Shown here: positions 44,877-57,116 of the stretch, piece by piece
Position numbering within the stretch: the first letter of the stretch is position 1
How the letters are laid out: each line of letters begins with the position of its first letter
Origin: an archaeon
GTDB taxonomy: Archaea; AGJL01; Methanococci; Methanococcales; Methanocaldococcaceae
Assembly (NCBI GenBank): GCA_024278985.1
Contig: JAJRSC010000015.1
Location: forward strand, 21,836 to 85,835
DNA: 64,000 nucleotides
Reading direction: 5' to 3'
Made by a program: the position numbers and the translations under genes
Notes under the pieces: model-generated
Databases searched by the model: none
Told to the model about the DNA's origin: nothing
Seen by the model: only the letters and a program-made list of their open reading frames with translations

Positions 44877-45503
44877 ATGGATAATAAGAAAGGAACCACA
44901 ACAGTTGGTTTAATTTGTAAAGATAATGTAATTCTTGCTGCTGATAAGAGAGCATCTATGGGTAATTTAATATCTGATAAAAATGCAAAAAAAATTCATA
45001 AAATTGATGATTACCTTGCTTTAACAATTGCTGGAAGTGTAGGAGATGCCCAGGCAATAATAAGATTTTTAACTGCTGAGGCAAGATTATACAGAATGAG
45101 AGCTGGAAAATACTTATCTCCAAGAGCATGTGCAACATTGTTAAGTAATATTCTACACTCAAGTAGATACTTTCCATACTTAACTATGCTTATCCTTGGT
45201 GGTTATGACTTTGATGAAGGTCCTAAACTTTTCTCAATTGACCCACTTGGAGGAGTTAGTGAAGAATATAGATTCACAGCTACAGGTTCTGGTAGTCCTA
45301 TAGCTTATGGGGTTTTAGAGGCAGAGTATAAGGATAATTTATCTTTAGAAAAAGGGATAAAATTAGCAGTAACAGCAATAAAATCAGCTACTAAAAGAGA
45401 TACTTTTAGTGGAAATGGAATTTCCTTAGCAATAATAAATAAAGAAGGAGTAAAGATTTTAGAAGATAATGAAATTGACAAATTCTTAAAAAGGAAAAAA
45501 TAG
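44877..45503 (+). CDS. psmB: Proteasome beta subunit
   Basis: Short propeptide then TTTVG, ADKRAS, ATGSGS. Confidence 0.96.
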   Translation: MDNKKGTTTVGLICKDNVILAADKRASMGNLISDKNAKKIHKIDDYLALTIAGSVGDAQAIIRFLTAEARLYRMRAGKYLSPRACATLLSNILHSSRYFPYLTMLILGGYDFDEGPKLFSIDPLGGVSEEYRFTATGSGSPIAYGVLEAEYKDNLSLEKGIKLAVTAIKSATKRDTFSGNGISLAIINKEGVKILEDNEIDKFLKRKK

Positions 45504-45615
45504 ATTAATTTAATCTTTTCTTTCAATAAAAAATATATTTATTTTTGTATTTAAATATCTTTTTGAATTTAATATTATTTTAAAATTTTTAAATAAATTA
45601 ATAAGGTGATTATTT

Positions 45616-47523
45616 TTGACAACTGTTGAGGAAATTTTAGAGGAATTAAAGGAAAAGATTATTAAGTTATCTCCAAAAGATGCAAAGATAATGGATGTGC
45701 AATTTGAAGGGCCTGAGTTAGTTGTATATGTAAAGAATCCTGAAGTATATACAAATGACATAATAAAAAAAATAGCAAAAGATTTAAGAAAAAGAATTTC
45801 AATAAGAGCAGACCCATCTGTATTAGTTGAGCCAGAAGTTGCAAAGAAAAAAATTTTTGAAATAGTTCCAGAAGATGCTGGAATAACAAATATTATTTTC
45901 TAACCTACAACAGGAGAGGTAATTATTGAAGCAAAAAAACCAGGATTGGTTATAGGTAAAGAAGGAAAAACATTAGAGCAAATAAAAAAAGTTATTAAAT
46001 GGGCTCCTAAACCAGTAAGAGCTCCACCAATACAATCAGAAACAATAAAAGCAATAAGAGCAACTTTATACAGAGAAAGAGAAGAAATAAAGGAAATTTT
46101 AAGAAGAATCGGGAGAAAGATATACAGAAGTATTATAAAAAAGGATGATTATTGGATAAGAGTTTCTTTTTTAGGAGGTGCAAGAGAGGTTGGTAGAAGT
46201 TGTTTATATGTGCAAACACCAGATACAAAGGTTTTAATTGATTGTGGAATAAATATTGCCTGTGAAGATAAGGCATTTCCATACTTTGATGCTCCTGAAT
46301 TTAATATTGAAGACTTAGATGCAGTTATTATAACTCATGCACATCTTGACCATTGTGGATTTGTACCTGGGTTATTTAGATATGGATATGATGGACCTGT
46401 TTATTGTACAATACCAACAAGAGATTTAATGACCCTTTTACAAAAAGATTATTTAGATATTGCTAAAAAGGAGGGTAAAATAGTTCCATATACATCTAAA
46501 GATATTAAGGCATGTGTTAAGCATGTTATCCCATTAGATTATGGAGTTACAACAGATATAAGTCCAACAATAAAACTAACTTTACACAATGCTGGCCATG
46601 TCTTGGGGTCTTCAATAGCACATTTACATTTTGGAGATGGACTCTATAATTTAGCATATACAGGAGATATAAAATTTGAAAGTTCAAGATTGTTAGAGCC
46701 AGCAGTTTCTCAGTTCCCAAGATTAGAAACATTAATTATTGAATCTACATATGGAGGATTTGATGATGTTCTTCCAAGTAGAGATAAAGCTGAAAGAAAT
46801 TTATTAAATATTGTTGGTCAAATCATTGATAAGGGAGGAAAAATATTAATTCCAGTTTTTGGAGTTGGAAGAGCTCAGGAACTTATGTTAGTTTTAGAAG
46901 AAGGGTATAATCAAGGAATATTTAATGCACCTGTTTATTTGGATGGTATGATTTGGGAGGCAACTGCAATACATACAGCATATCCAGAATATTTATCAAA
47001 AGAGATGAGACAAAAAATATTCCATGAAGGGGATAATCCATTCCTATCTGAAGTTTTTAAAAGAGTTGGAAGTACCAATGAAAGAAGAAATATTATTGAC
47101 AGCTCTGAACCATGTATTATTTTAGCAACATCTGGAATGCTAACAGGTGGGCCAAGTGTAGAATACTTTAAACATCTTGCCCCTGATGAAAAAAATGCTA
47201 TTATATTTGTTGGATATCAAGCAGAGGGTACTCTTGGAAGAATGATTCAGAGAGGTAAAAAAGAAATACCAATAATATCAAAAAATGGAAAAACTAAATC
47301 AATTCCAGTTAATTTGGGAGTTTATACAATTGAAGGATTCTCAGGACATAGTGATAGAAGGCAGTTAATGAAGTACATTAGAAAAGTCAAACCTTCCCCT
47401 GAAAGGGTTATAATGGTTCATGGAGAAGAAAGTAAATGTTTAGATTTCTCTGATTCTGTTAGAAGGTTATTTAAAAAAGAGACTTATGCACCAAGAAACT
47501 TAGATGTTCTGAGAGTTAAGTAA
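45616..47523 (+). CDS. fttA: aCPSF1/FttA beta-CASP ribonuclease with KH domains; in-frame TAA at 45901
   Basis: Two same-frame ORFs; the sequence after TAA reads PTTGEVIIEAKKPGLVIGK; HAHLDH, ESTYG, FSGHSD. Confidence 0.93.
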
Positions 47524-47552
47524 ATTTTTAGATTATTTTAGAGAGGATATTA

Positions 47553-48230
47553 ATGATTATTTATTTAAAAAAAGTAGATTCTACAAATGAATTTTCCAAA
47601 ACTTTAATAGATAGAGGATATAAAAAATGTGTTATTTTAGCTGATATTCAAACAAAAGGTAAAGGTAGATTAGGAAGATGTTGGATTTCTAATTATGGAG
47701 GATTATATTTTTCTATTATTGATGAGCCCCTATATATTTACCCTATATTAATCCCTGTCTGTATAATAGAGACTCTGAAATTGGGAAGAATAAAGTTTCC
47801 CAATGATATTATTGTTAAGAATAAAAAATTATCTGGAGTTTTGATAGAAAACTATAAGAATAGAGCTATTATTGGTGTTGGAATAAATGTATATAATAAG
47901 GTTGATTTAGATACAGCCATATCACTGAAAGATTTAAATATACATTATGATAAAGTAGAGATATTAAAAAACTTTTTAAATATCTATAATAAATATTTAG
48001 AAAAATTTAAAAAGAAAGAGATTTTTAAATTTAAAATTTTAAGAAAATATAAAAGATATTCATGTAGTTTAAATAAAAATGTAAAATTAATTCTTCCAAA
48101 TAAAACAGTTTTTGGTAGAGTTGTAGATATTGATTTTGAGGGGATAACTTTAAGGACTAAAAATGGTTTGGAAAAGTATCCAACTGGGGAAATTGTTCAT
48201 TTAAGGGATGATGATACATCGATGTACTGA
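47553..48230 (+). CDS. birA: Biotin-protein ligase
   Basis: DSTN, QTKGKGRLGR.W, KFPND, KLSGVL. Confidence 0.9.
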   Translation: MIIYLKKVDSTNEFSKTLIDRGYKKCVILADIQTKGKGRLGRCWISNYGGLYFSIIDEPLYIYPILIPVCIIETLKLGRIKFPNDIIVKNKKLSGVLIENYKNRAIIGVGINVYNKVDLDTAISLKDLNIHYDKVEILKNFLNIYNKYLEKFKKKEIFKFKILRKYKRYSCSLNKNVKLILPNKTVFGRVVDIDFEGITLRTKNGLEKYPTGEIVHLRDDDTSMY

Positions 48231-48249
48231 TTATATGATGATAAATAAG

Positions 48250-49146
48250 TTATCTGACCTTTAACATTTTTAACCATTGGCAAACCCTACAAATCTCTCC
48301 ACTACAAGGATATCCACATATCTTACATCTGTTTATTTTCTCATTGTAGTCAATTATAGATAATAATTTTTCATAACCTTTTAAGATACTAAACTTAACT
48401 CCTGGTTTATCTTTCTCTAATATTGATAAGATATTTTTTATTTTATTTCTATATGATATAGAGGAGTAAGGGCATGGTTCTTTTTGATATGGTAGATTTA
48501 ACAAATCAGCATAAAGTTTAACTTCTTCCTCAGGAATTAATTTTAATGGTTTTATCCTTTTAACAAATCCCTCAGTAGTTTTTCCAAATTGAATTAAATT
48601 TTTAATATTCCCCTCAATATAGTTCATTAATATTGTCTGAGCAAAATCATCCAAATTATGCCCAATAGCAAGATAATCATAACCTTGAGAATATTTATTT
48701 AGTAAATATCTCCTAACAACCCCACAAAATGAGCAAGGTTTTCCAATATTTAACTTATCCAAGTTTGGAACAATATCATCCAATTTTATTCCAAGTTCTT
48801 TATCAAAGGAAATAATTTTTAAATTAATCTCTTCATTTTTACAAAATTCAGTTATAATTTTTCTTGCTTTATCTCTAAACCCCTTAATCCCTTCATCTAT
48901 AAATATGGCATCTATTTTTGTATCAGGAATGTCCTTAAATAACTTTTTTAAAATATATGTCATAACAATACTATCCTTACCACCACTAAGTCCAATTATA
49001 ATTTTTGTATTTCTTTTTAAAATATTTCTTCCTAATGTTTTTTTTACTCTTCTTTCAACATCATTTATAAAACATTCTCTACATAAATATTTATTAGAAT
49101 ACTTTTGATAATAAATTCCCTTATTACCACATTTACATTTAACCAT
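48250..49146 (-). CDS. tRNA 2-thiolation enzyme (TtuA/NcsA family)
   Basis: SGGKDS PP-loop, CSFCGVVRR, GHNLDD, terminal Zn fingers. Confidence 0.88.
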   Translation of the reverse strand: MVKCKCGNKGIYYQKYSNKYLCRECFINDVERRVKKTLGRNILKRNTKIIIGLSGGKDSIVMTYILKKLFKDIPDTKIDAIFIDEGIKGFRDKARKIITEFCKNEEINLKIISFDKELGIKLDDIVPNLDKLNIGKPCSFCGVVRRYLLNKYSQGYDYLAIGHNLDDFAQTILMNYIEGNIKNLIQFGKTTEGFVKRIKPLKLIPEEEVKLYADLLNLPYQKEPCPYSSISYRNKIKNILSILEKDKPGVKFSILKGYEKLLSIIDYNEKINRCKICGYPCSGEICRVCQWLKMLKVR

Positions 49147-49166
49147 ATTTTCACATTGGGATAATT

Positions 49167-49808
49167 ATGGAGATTATTCCAGTTATGGATATAATGGATG
49201 GTATAGTTGTTAGTGGTAAAGGTGGAGAAAGAGATAAGTATAAACCACTAAAATCAGTTATATGTAATAGTTGTAATCCTATAGATGTAGCTAAAGCATA
49301 CAAAAATCTTGGGGCTAAAAAAGTGTATATTGCTGATTTAAATGCTATTTTAGGAAATGGTAATAATTTAGATATTATTAAAAAGATAGATTTTTTATAT
49401 AAAATTGTTGATTTTGGGATTAGAGATAGAAAAGATTATGAAAAAGTTAGAGAATTTTTTACCCCTATCATAGCAACAGAAACAGTTAAAGATATCTCTC
49501 TTTTTAAAGAAAAGGATATTTTTATAAGTTTAGATTTTAAAAATGGGAAGTTGTTAAATTATAACTTAGAAGATATAATAAACATAATTAATAAAAATGT
49601 CCCTTTAATTGTTTTGGATATCTCTTCAGTAGGGTCTCAAAGAGGGGTTAATATTGATTTAGTAAATAAAATAATAAATATTGTTAATAATCCTGTATAT
49701 GTTGGAGGTGGAGTTAAAGGAGAAGAGGATATAAAAACTTTAGAAGATTTAGGAGTTACTGGAGTATTAGTAGGGACAGCTATACATAAGGGTATCATTA
49801 AGATATAA
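49167..49808 (+). CDS. HisA/HisF-related protein
   Basis: IIPVMD, YIADLNAI, VGGGV. Confidence 0.82.
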   Translation: MEIIPVMDIMDGIVVSGKGGERDKYKPLKSVICNSCNPIDVAKAYKNLGAKKVYIADLNAILGNGNNLDIIKKIDFLYKIVDFGIRDRKDYEKVREFFTPIIATETVKDISLFKEKDIFISLDFKNGKLLNYNLEDIINIINKNVPLIVLDISSVGSQRGVNIDLVNKIINIVNNPVYVGGGVKGEEDIKTLEDLGVTGVLVGTAIHKGIIKI

Positions 49809-50991
49809 AAAATAATATTGTAGGAAATACTAAAACATTCATCATATTTGAAAGATTAGATTCTGAAAGATTTGCCAACAATCCAATAGATATAGATACA
49901 ATATAAACAACCAAAGAGTATAATAAATATTCTTTACATACAATTATAACAATCAAAGAACATAAAATTATTAAAAATAATGATAGATACCTAAAATTTA
50001 CTTCCTCTAAGATTTTTAAAATATATTTAGACAAATAAGATAATATAATAAAGGAGATTGTAGAGGAGATTAAAACAAGAATAAACATATCTCCAAAAGA
50101 ATATTTTAAATTTAAATTCCTAATGGTCTCTGCTACTCCACTTCTACCTTTTCCTATAAATATTAGAGATAATAAAGAAAAAACTTCATTAGATAATATC
50201 ATTGCTCCCTGAGAAACTAAAAAAATCTTTAAATTACTCTCCTTAATTATCTTACTCAAAATAAAATTTAACTGTGCTCCACTAACTGCTGGTAAAAATA
50301 TTCTAAAAAATCCTGTTATAGTTGCTAAAAATGAAACTTTAAAAAAAGAATATTCTAATTTAGGATAACTAATTTCCTGTTTTACTAATTTATTTGTCCT
50401 TAGATTGTTTATTAATATAGGAATCCCAAACATTCCTGTAAATATAGCTGTTAAAATTGAGTTGGTAGAATAATTTAAATATAAAACAACAATTCCAAAT
50501 ATTCCTGATAAAAAGATAACAAATATTTCCCAAATATGTTTAGATGTAAATATTTGGTAAATAACAAATAAAATTAAAATAATAGACATTTCTGGCTTAA
50601 TAAATTTATAAATTTCATCAATATTTACTCCTAAACATAAAATAATCAATGAAATCAATAAAGAAAATACAACCCCTAAATAACTACCAAACCCTGCTAA
50701 AATAACTCCTTCATAACCTTTTCCTAATAATGTTAGTCTATGCATTGGTAATATAGATACTGCTGTATTGTCATCAGGAACTCCTAAAAATGCTGATGGA
50801 ATAAAACTAATAAAATAGTGAGAAACTACTAAACCTATTAAGAAAGGAAAATAATTTTCAGTTCCAATATAGTTAATAAGAAAAATAGAGAGAACTGCTA
50901 TATTATTGGGATGTATCCCTGGAAATAGACCAGTAAATATTCCTGTTATAATTCCCAAAAGTAAATATAATATACTTATCATAATAATCAT
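49798..50991 (-). CDS. TctA-like (DUF112) membrane protein
   Basis: GLFPGIHPN, FIPSAFLGVP, multiple TM helices. Confidence 0.82.
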   Translation of the reverse strand: MIIMISILYLLLGIITGIFTGLFPGIHPNNIAVLSIFLINYIGTENYFPFLIGLVVSHYFISFIPSAFLGVPDDNTAVSILPMHRLTLLGKGYEGVILAGFGSYLGVVFSLLISLIILCLGVNIDEIYKFIKPEMSIILILFVIYQIFTSKHIWEIFVIFLSGIFGIVVLYLNYSTNSILTAIFTGMFGIPILINNLRTNKLVKQEISYPKLEYSFFKVSFLATITGFFRIFLPAVSGAQLNFILSKIIKESNLKIFLVSQGAMILSNEVFSLLSLIFIGKGRSGVAETIRNLNLKYSFGDMFILVLISSTISFIILSYLSKYILKILEEVNFRYLSLFLIILCSLIVIIVCKEYLLYSLVVYIVSISIGLLANLSESNLSNMMNVLVFPTILFFIS

Positions 50992-51132
50992 AACAAAATT
51001 ACCTAAAGTATAAATATAAGTTTAGAAAAAGCTTAAATATTCTTAACCTCTATAATTGTATGAAGAATATTATAAATATTTTTAGGTATAATTTCTTTTG
51101 AAACATATTCAGAATAAAAATAAGGTGAAAAG

Positions 51133-51324
51133 ATGGGAAGAGTAAGGCAGCTCTTTATAAAAAGAACTGCTTTAGAGTTAATAAAAAAATATAGAGATTT
51201 ATTCACAACAGATTTCGAAGAAAATAAAAGAAAAGTTGAAGAAGTAGCCCAAATATCAACAAAAAGATTAAGAAATAGAATTGCTGGATATATAACTCAT
51301 AAAATGAGACAGTTACAAAGGTGA
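51133..51324 (+). CDS. rps17e: 30S ribosomal protein eS17
   Basis: [24 protein letters not shown]. Confidence 0.97.
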   Translation: MGRVRQLFIKRTALELIKKYRDLFTTDFEENKRKVEEVAQISTKRLRNRIAGYITHKMRQLQR

Positions 51325-51332
51325 ATTTATTT

Positions 51333-52205
51333 ATGTTTTCTGGAACCTATCCTGCCATCATAACCCCCTTTAAAAACTATGAAATTGATTTTGATGGTTT
51401 AAAAGAAAATATTGATTTTTTAATTGATAATGGTGTTGATGGTTTAGTAGTTGTTGGTACTACTGGAGAAAGTCCTACTCTCTCCCATGAAGAACATAAA
51501 AAGGTTATTGAGAAAGCTGTAGAATTTGTTGATGGCAGGGTTAAAGTTATTGCTGGAGCAGGTTCTAATAACACAGCTGAAGCAATTGAATTAAGTACAT
51601 TTGCCGAAGATGTTGGAGCTGATGCAATTTTATCAATTACTCCATACTATAATAAACCTACCCAAAAAGGTTTATTAAAACACTTTGGTATGATTGCTGA
51701 ATCTGTTAATCTCCCTATAATTCTCTATAATGTTCCATCAAGAACAGGAGTAAATTTAGAACCTAAAACAGCAAAAATTTTGGATGAAGAATATAGTAAT
51801 ATTGTGGCTATAAAAGAAGCAAATCCTAACCTTTCTCAGGTTTCAGAAATTATATTAGAAACAAATTTAACAGTTTTATCTGGGAATGATGAGCTAACAC
51901 TCCCTATTATGGCCTTAGGTGGGAAAGGAGTTATAAGTGTTGTTGCTAACATAGTACCAAAGGATATAGTTGAGATGGTTAATTCTGCTTTAAATGGTAA
52001 TTTTGAAAAAGCAAGAGATATTCATTATAAACTGTACCCACTTATGAAAGCTCTCTTTATAGAAACTAACCCTATTCCAGTTAAAACAGCTTTAAATCTT
52101 TTAGGAAGACCTGCAGGAGAATTAAGACCTCCATTAACAGATATGTCTGAAGAACATAAGAAACTCTTAATAGATGTGTTAAAAAATCTTGGGTTATTGG
52201 GATAG
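51333..52205 (+). CDS. dapA: 4-hydroxy-tetrahydrodipicolinate synthase
   Basis: GTTGES, YNVPSRT, IKEA, NPIPVK. Confidence 0.96.
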   Translation: MFSGTYPAIITPFKNYEIDFDGLKENIDFLIDNGVDGLVVVGTTGESPTLSHEEHKKVIEKAVEFVDGRVKVIAGAGSNNTAEAIELSTFAEDVGADAILSITPYYNKPTQKGLLKHFGMIAESVNLPIILYNVPSRTGVNLEPKTAKILDEEYSNIVAIKEANPNLSQVSEIILETNLTVLSGNDELTLPIMALGGKGVISVVANIVPKDIVEMVNSALNGNFEKARDIHYKLYPLMKALFIETNPIPVKTALNLLGRPAGELRPPLTDMSEEHKKLLIDVLKNLGLLG

Positions 52206-52208
52206 TTT

Positions 52209-52421
52209 ATGATGAAAGAGGTTGAAGAGATAATAAAAAAATTTAGTGAAGTTCTTGAAAAATACAATTTAGAGGAAGAAGAAAGTTATTACATAATTGA
52301 AAAAAAGAATGTCCTTAGGGAGGATATTCCAGAGAGAGATAATAATTACAGAGAAAATTTTTTAAAATTAACTAAAAATGAAAATGGATATGTTAAAGTT
52401 GAAAGAGCTCACTGGTTATAA
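52209..52421 (+). CDS. gatC: Asp/Glu-tRNA amidotransferase subunit C (methanococcal type)
   Basis: NVLRED and GYVKVE motifs; position after dapA. Confidence 0.7.
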   Translation: MMKEVEEIIKKFSEVLEKYNLEEEESYYIIEKKNVLREDIPERDNNYRENFLKLTKNENGYVKVERAHWL

Positions 52422-52487
52422 AAAACTTTATATAACTTCAACAATTTTTATATTTTCAATCTTCAAAACTTTAAAAAGGGTGAGAGC

Positions 52488-52595
52488 ATAAAAAGAAGTT
52501 CAAGAAGATGGAAAAAAAAGGGTAGAATGAGATGGAAATGGTATAAGAAAAGATTAAGAAGATTGAAAAGAGAAAGAAGAAAAGCAAGAGCATAA
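52488..52595 (+). CDS. rpl41e: Ribosomal protein eL41/eS32, 35 aa, ATA start (absent from ORF track)
   Basis: (M)[34 protein letters not shown] after GGGTGA SD. Confidence 0.9.
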   Translation: MKRSSRRWKKKGRMRWKWYKKRLRRLKRERRKARA

Positions 52596-52617
52596 TTTTT
52601 TATTTATTTGTGAGATA

Positions 52618-53148
52618 ATGTTTGAGATTGAAGTTAAGGGAAAGATTGATAATAAAGAAGAAATAATAAAAAAACTTAAATCTTTAAATTTTTCTTTTAT
52701 AGAGAAAAAGATACAAGAAGATATTTATTTTAATGGTATTGATAGAGATTTTAAAAAAACTGATGAAGCTCTAAGGATTAGAGATGATAATGGAATATAT
52801 TTCTTAACATATAAAGGGCCTAAAATTGATAAAATATCAAAAAGTAGAGAAGAGATTGAGGTTAAAGTAGAAGATAAAGAAAAGTTAAGAAAAATTTTAA
52901 AAAAATTAGGTTTTAAAGAATCATTAACTATTAAAAAAATTAGAGAAATATACAAAAAAGATAACATAACAGTATGTATTGATTATATTGAAAATTTAGG
53001 TTATTTTATTGAAGTTGAAAAAGAAACTAATAAATATGATGAAAAAGAAGTTAAACAACTTTTAGATTTATTAAAAGATTTAGGAGTTAAACAATTAATA
53101 ACTAAATCTTACTTAGAAATGGTGGCTGAATATGAAGAAAAAAAATAA
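52618..53148 (+). CDS. cyaB: CYTH/class IV adenylate cyclase-family protein
   Basis: EIEVK, DIYF, ALRIR, TYKGP, FIEVE. Confidence 0.88.
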   Translation: MFEIEVKGKIDNKEEIIKKLKSLNFSFIEKKIQEDIYFNGIDRDFKKTDEALRIRDDNGIYFLTYKGPKIDKISKSREEIEVKVEDKEKLRKILKKLGFKESLTIKKIREIYKKDNITVCIDYIENLGYFIEVEKETNKYDEKEVKQLLDLLKDLGVKQLITKSYLEMVAEYEEKK

Positions 53149-53245
53149 TAAATTGAAACTTTCTAAAAGGCAAATTATTGCTATACTTATAGCAGTATTT
53201 ATGCTCCTTTCAACTATCCCTGTTTTTTTAATTGGTTTAAAATAA
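53132..53245 (+). CDS. Small single-TM protein, 37 aa (absent from ORF track)
   Basis: GGTGG SD; [37 protein letters not shown]. Confidence 0.55.
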   Translation: MKKKNNKLKLSKRQIIAILIAVFMLLSTIPVFLIGLK

Positions 53246-55886
53246 ATTCTTTAGCTTTTACTTTAATATTTTCTAAACTTTCAGTATATTTTCCTTGAGA
53301 TAAATGTTCTTTTCCTCCACCTTTTGCAATATATTTTATTAATTCATTCATATTAATATCAACATTTTCACCTCTTTTACATAAAATAAATCCAGAGTTA
53401 TTTAGTAGGATTACTATCTTATTGTCTTTTGCTAAATTGTCTGCTAAACTTAACATTTCTTTAGGTGTTAATGTAAGTTTTTCAACTAATAACTCATATC
53501 TTTCTACTCTTTCAAATTTATCCATTAATTCATATCTTTTAAGTTCTCCAACTTTCTTTTCTAATTGTTCAACTTTCTTTTTAAGTTCTTTATATTCATT
53601 GAATAACTTTTCAACAGACTTAACTATATCCTCTGGATTTGTTCTTAAAATTTCTCCTACTTTTGTTAATTTCTCTTCTAAATCTTGAACATACTCAAGA
53701 GATTTTAAACCTGCAGTATATATTAATCTCTCAACACCATCCTGAATTTTTTCAGTTTTAACAATTTTTATAAAACCAACTTCTCCAGTATTTTGGCAAT
53801 GTGTCCCACCACATGCTTGAACATCAATAATATTTTTATTTTTATCAATAATTTTTATTATTCTTAAAGTATCTCCAGGAACTACTCCTCCCTGATAAAT
53901 TCTAAAACCATATTTTTCTTCTGCTTCATTTCTATCCATAAAACAACTTTCTATATTATAGTTATTTAGAACTATTTTATTTGCAAGCTCTTCAATCTTT
54001 TTAAGCTCTTCTTTACTAATTTTTTTATAATGGGTAATATCTAACCTTGCTTTATCAACATCTACATCAGAACCTGTTTGCCATATATGCTTTCCTAAAA
54101 CTTCTCTTGCAGCTGCTAAAATAATATGTGTTGCTGTGTGGTGTCTCATTAAACTCTCTCTTCTTTCCCAATCAATAACTCCCTCAATTTCGTCTCCTTT
54201 ATTTAAACCTTCAATATTTTCAACTTTATGGAATATAGTCTCTCCAGATTTTTGTACATCTAAAACTCTGTATTTTTTATTATTTTTTATAATATATCCT
54301 GTATCTGACTTCTGTCCTCCACCTTCAGGATAGAAGAGTGTTTTATCTAATATAATATAGTTATCAACAATTTCTAAAATTTTAGCTTTAAATTTTCTTT
54401 CTTTTGGATATTTATAGTATAATGGTTCTGTTTTTATATTTAATGTTGGAAATTCTTTCTCTTTTTTGTCCTTTATCTCCTCTTTTTGTTCATGTCTCTC
54501 TGCTACAATTGTATAGAAATTATCTGGAATTTCTATTTTTTTATTATATTTTTCAGCTATTTCTTTAACTACCTCTGGAGGTATTCCATGGCTATCATAA
54601 AGTTCTATTAATTTATCTAAATCAATATCTTTATTTTTTAGTAATCTTTTAACTAAACTCTCTCCTTTTTTTAATGTTTCCCTATATCTTTCTTTTTCTA
54701 CTTTTAAAACATCATAAATATAATCTTCCATCTCTAAAAGTTCAGGATACAAGGATTTTAAATTTTTTAAATGTAGTCTTATAATATCTTCTATATCTAA
54801 ACTCAAATTAAGTTTATCCATATGTCTTAATGTCTTTCTTATAAGCATTCTTACTAAATAACCATCTTTAACATTTGATGGAACAATACCATCCCCAAGC
54901 ATAAATGTTATTGCCCTTGTATGGTCAGAGATGGAATATATATGTTCATATGGCTCAAGTATTTTATTGAGTTCATTAACATCTATCCCAACATGTTTTG
55001 ATAACTCATATCTTAATTTTTTTAAATCTCCCACATCTTTAACATCCATTAATCCAGCTAATTCTGTTATTTTTCCTAAAATCTTATCATCTATCTTTTC
55101 AACTCCAGCATCTTTTTTTAATTTTTCTACAATATCTCCAAATATTGCATCATAAATAGTTGGTTTTCCTGTTGATGCCCATACAAATCTTTCAATTCCA
55201 TAACCAGTATCCACTATTTTTAAAGGTATCTCTTTATATGTATCTCCAACTTTTTCATATTGCATAAAAACAAGTGTTGCCAATTCTACCCCATGAGTTA
55301 AAACTTCAAAACATGGCCCAGCATTTCCTCCTCCTTCCCACCAGCTTTCTATAAATGTTATACTTCTTTCATCTATACCCAATCTTTTAAAGAAATTAAA
55401 ACATAATTCCACAGTTTCATCTTTCCAATAAACTTTATTGTCTTCAGTATTAAATGCATGATGTCCTCCCATAGTAAAGCATGTTAAATGCCTTCCAGTT
55501 CTTCCAACATTATCAACATCATTTAATCTTATACATGGTTGAGCAATAACTAAAGGATTAGCTTTTGGTTTAACCAAACCCTTAGTAACCCATGGTTGAA
55601 AAACTGCAATTGAGGCAATTGTTAATAATATATCATCTCTCCATCTCTTGGCAGTTACTGGAGCTCTTTTTATTGGAGTGTGATTATGCTCTTCAAAAAA
55701 TTTTATAAACTCCTTAACCATCTCCTCATAAGTATATGGCTTATTAGTTATTGGCCTACCAATAAAAGAATACTTATCACAGGGCACATCTCCACATGTA
55801 TCTCTTTCTTCCAAACTCCAAAAAACTTTACCACACTTTTTACATTTTTGTTTTTTAAATCCAAGTTATTCAAATAATTTAACCAT
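53214..55886 (-). CDS. alaS: Alanyl-tRNA synthetase; in-frame TAA at 55866-55868
   Basis: ATG 55886 [23 protein letters not shown] is in frame with the tracked ORF; [18 protein letters not shown]. Confidence 0.96.
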
Positions 55887-55980
55887 ATTAATCCCTAATT
55901 ATTCCTATTAATCATAAAACTTAAAATACTACCTACTATTTATAAATAATTTAATTAATATTTTGTGAGGTGAGATATAT

Positions 55981-56262
55981 ATGGTGTTTGGTGCTGCAGC
56001 AAGTGAAAAATCTCCAGAGGAGATTTTAAAAGGAGTGGCTATGATGTTGGATGAGATTATTAATGATACTGCAGTTCCAAGAAACATAAGAGCTGCAGCT
56101 GAAAAGGCAAAAGAAGTAGTTTTAAATGAAAAAGAGGAACCAATAGTTAGAAGTGCAACAGCAATACATATTTTAGATGAAATTAGCAATGACCCAAACA
56201 TGCCATTACACACAAGAACACAAATATGGAGTATTGTAAGTGAATTAGAAAGAGTTAAGTAA
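55981..56262 (+). CDS. UPF0147-family protein
   Basis: [25 protein letters not shown]. Confidence 0.88.
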   Translation: MVFGAAASEKSPEEILKGVAMMLDEIINDTAVPRNIRAAAEKAKEVVLNEKEEPIVRSATAIHILDEISNDPNMPLHTRTQIWSIVSELERVK

Positions 56263-56784
56263 TTTTAAAAGAGTTAATTTTGCCTGTTCTTCTAAAACTT
56301 CCACTTTTATATATGCCTCCTTTAAGGTTTTTCCTAAGCATACAACACCATGCTTTTTTAGAATAATACAGTCCTCAGTTTTTTCAGCAACTTTTTTGGC
56401 TAATTCATAACTTCCAGGAGGATAATAATCTACATATCCAACATTTTTTAAAAAAATTTCTCCTTCAGGAGTTAGTAGTTCTATTTTTTTATCAATTAAT
56501 GATAAATATGTGGAGATTAAAGAATGAGTATGAATTATTGCATTAACATCTTCCCTTTTTTTATATATTTCTAAATGTAAATACCTCTCTGATGAAGGAT
56601 TTCCTTTTATTACTTCTCCATTTAAATTAATAATTGCTATATCTTCCTTCTCTAACAATCCCAATATTGAACCTGTTGGGGTAATATATATTTTATCTCC
56701 TTTTTTTATTGAAACATTTCCTCCACTTCCAACAACATATTTTCTATCATATAGTAACCTACAGATTTTTAAAAATTCTTCCAT
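56245..56784 (-). CDS. fucA: Class II aldolase (L-fuculose-phosphate aldolase)
   Basis: GNVS, TPTG, PSSE..LH, HTH, HGV. Confidence 0.88.
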   Translation of the reverse strand: MEEFLKICRLLYDRKYVVGSGGNVSIKKGDKIYITPTGSILGLLEKEDIAIINLNGEVIKGNPSSERYLHLEIYKKREDVNAIIHTHSLISTYLSLIDKKIELLTPEGEIFLKNVGYVDYYPPGSYELAKKVAEKTEDCIILKKHGVVCLGKTLKEAYIKVEVLEEQAKLTLLKLLNSF

Positions 56785-56867
56785 TTTATCATCTTATAAA
56801 AAATTATATAAAACAAATAATATTAAGTTATTTAAAATAAAAAAATTATTTTGCAGGTGAAATTATT

Positions 56868-57116
56868 ATGACATCTGAAAAATTAAAAGAAATACTTTCT
56901 GAGTTAGAAAGTATTATGAACAAGGAAAAAAAATATATTGAATTAGTTGCTACAATTGAGTACCTTTTAAATTTAGTAGAACCAAGTAAAAGAGAAAAGT
57001 TTAGAGAAGCATTAGAAGATGCTGAAAGTATTGAAGATGTTTATGAATTATTAAAGGCTATAAAACTCCAATTAGGAATACAAGGAACTAAAAAGTATGT
57101 TTTAAAATTGGAGTAA
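56868..57116 (+). CDS. Small conserved hypothetical protein
   Basis: GGTGA SD, host-like codon usage. Confidence 0.7.
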   Translation: MTSEKLKEILSELESIMNKEKKYIELVATIEYLLNLVEPSKREKFREALEDAESIEDVYELLKAIKLQLGIQGTKKYVLKLE

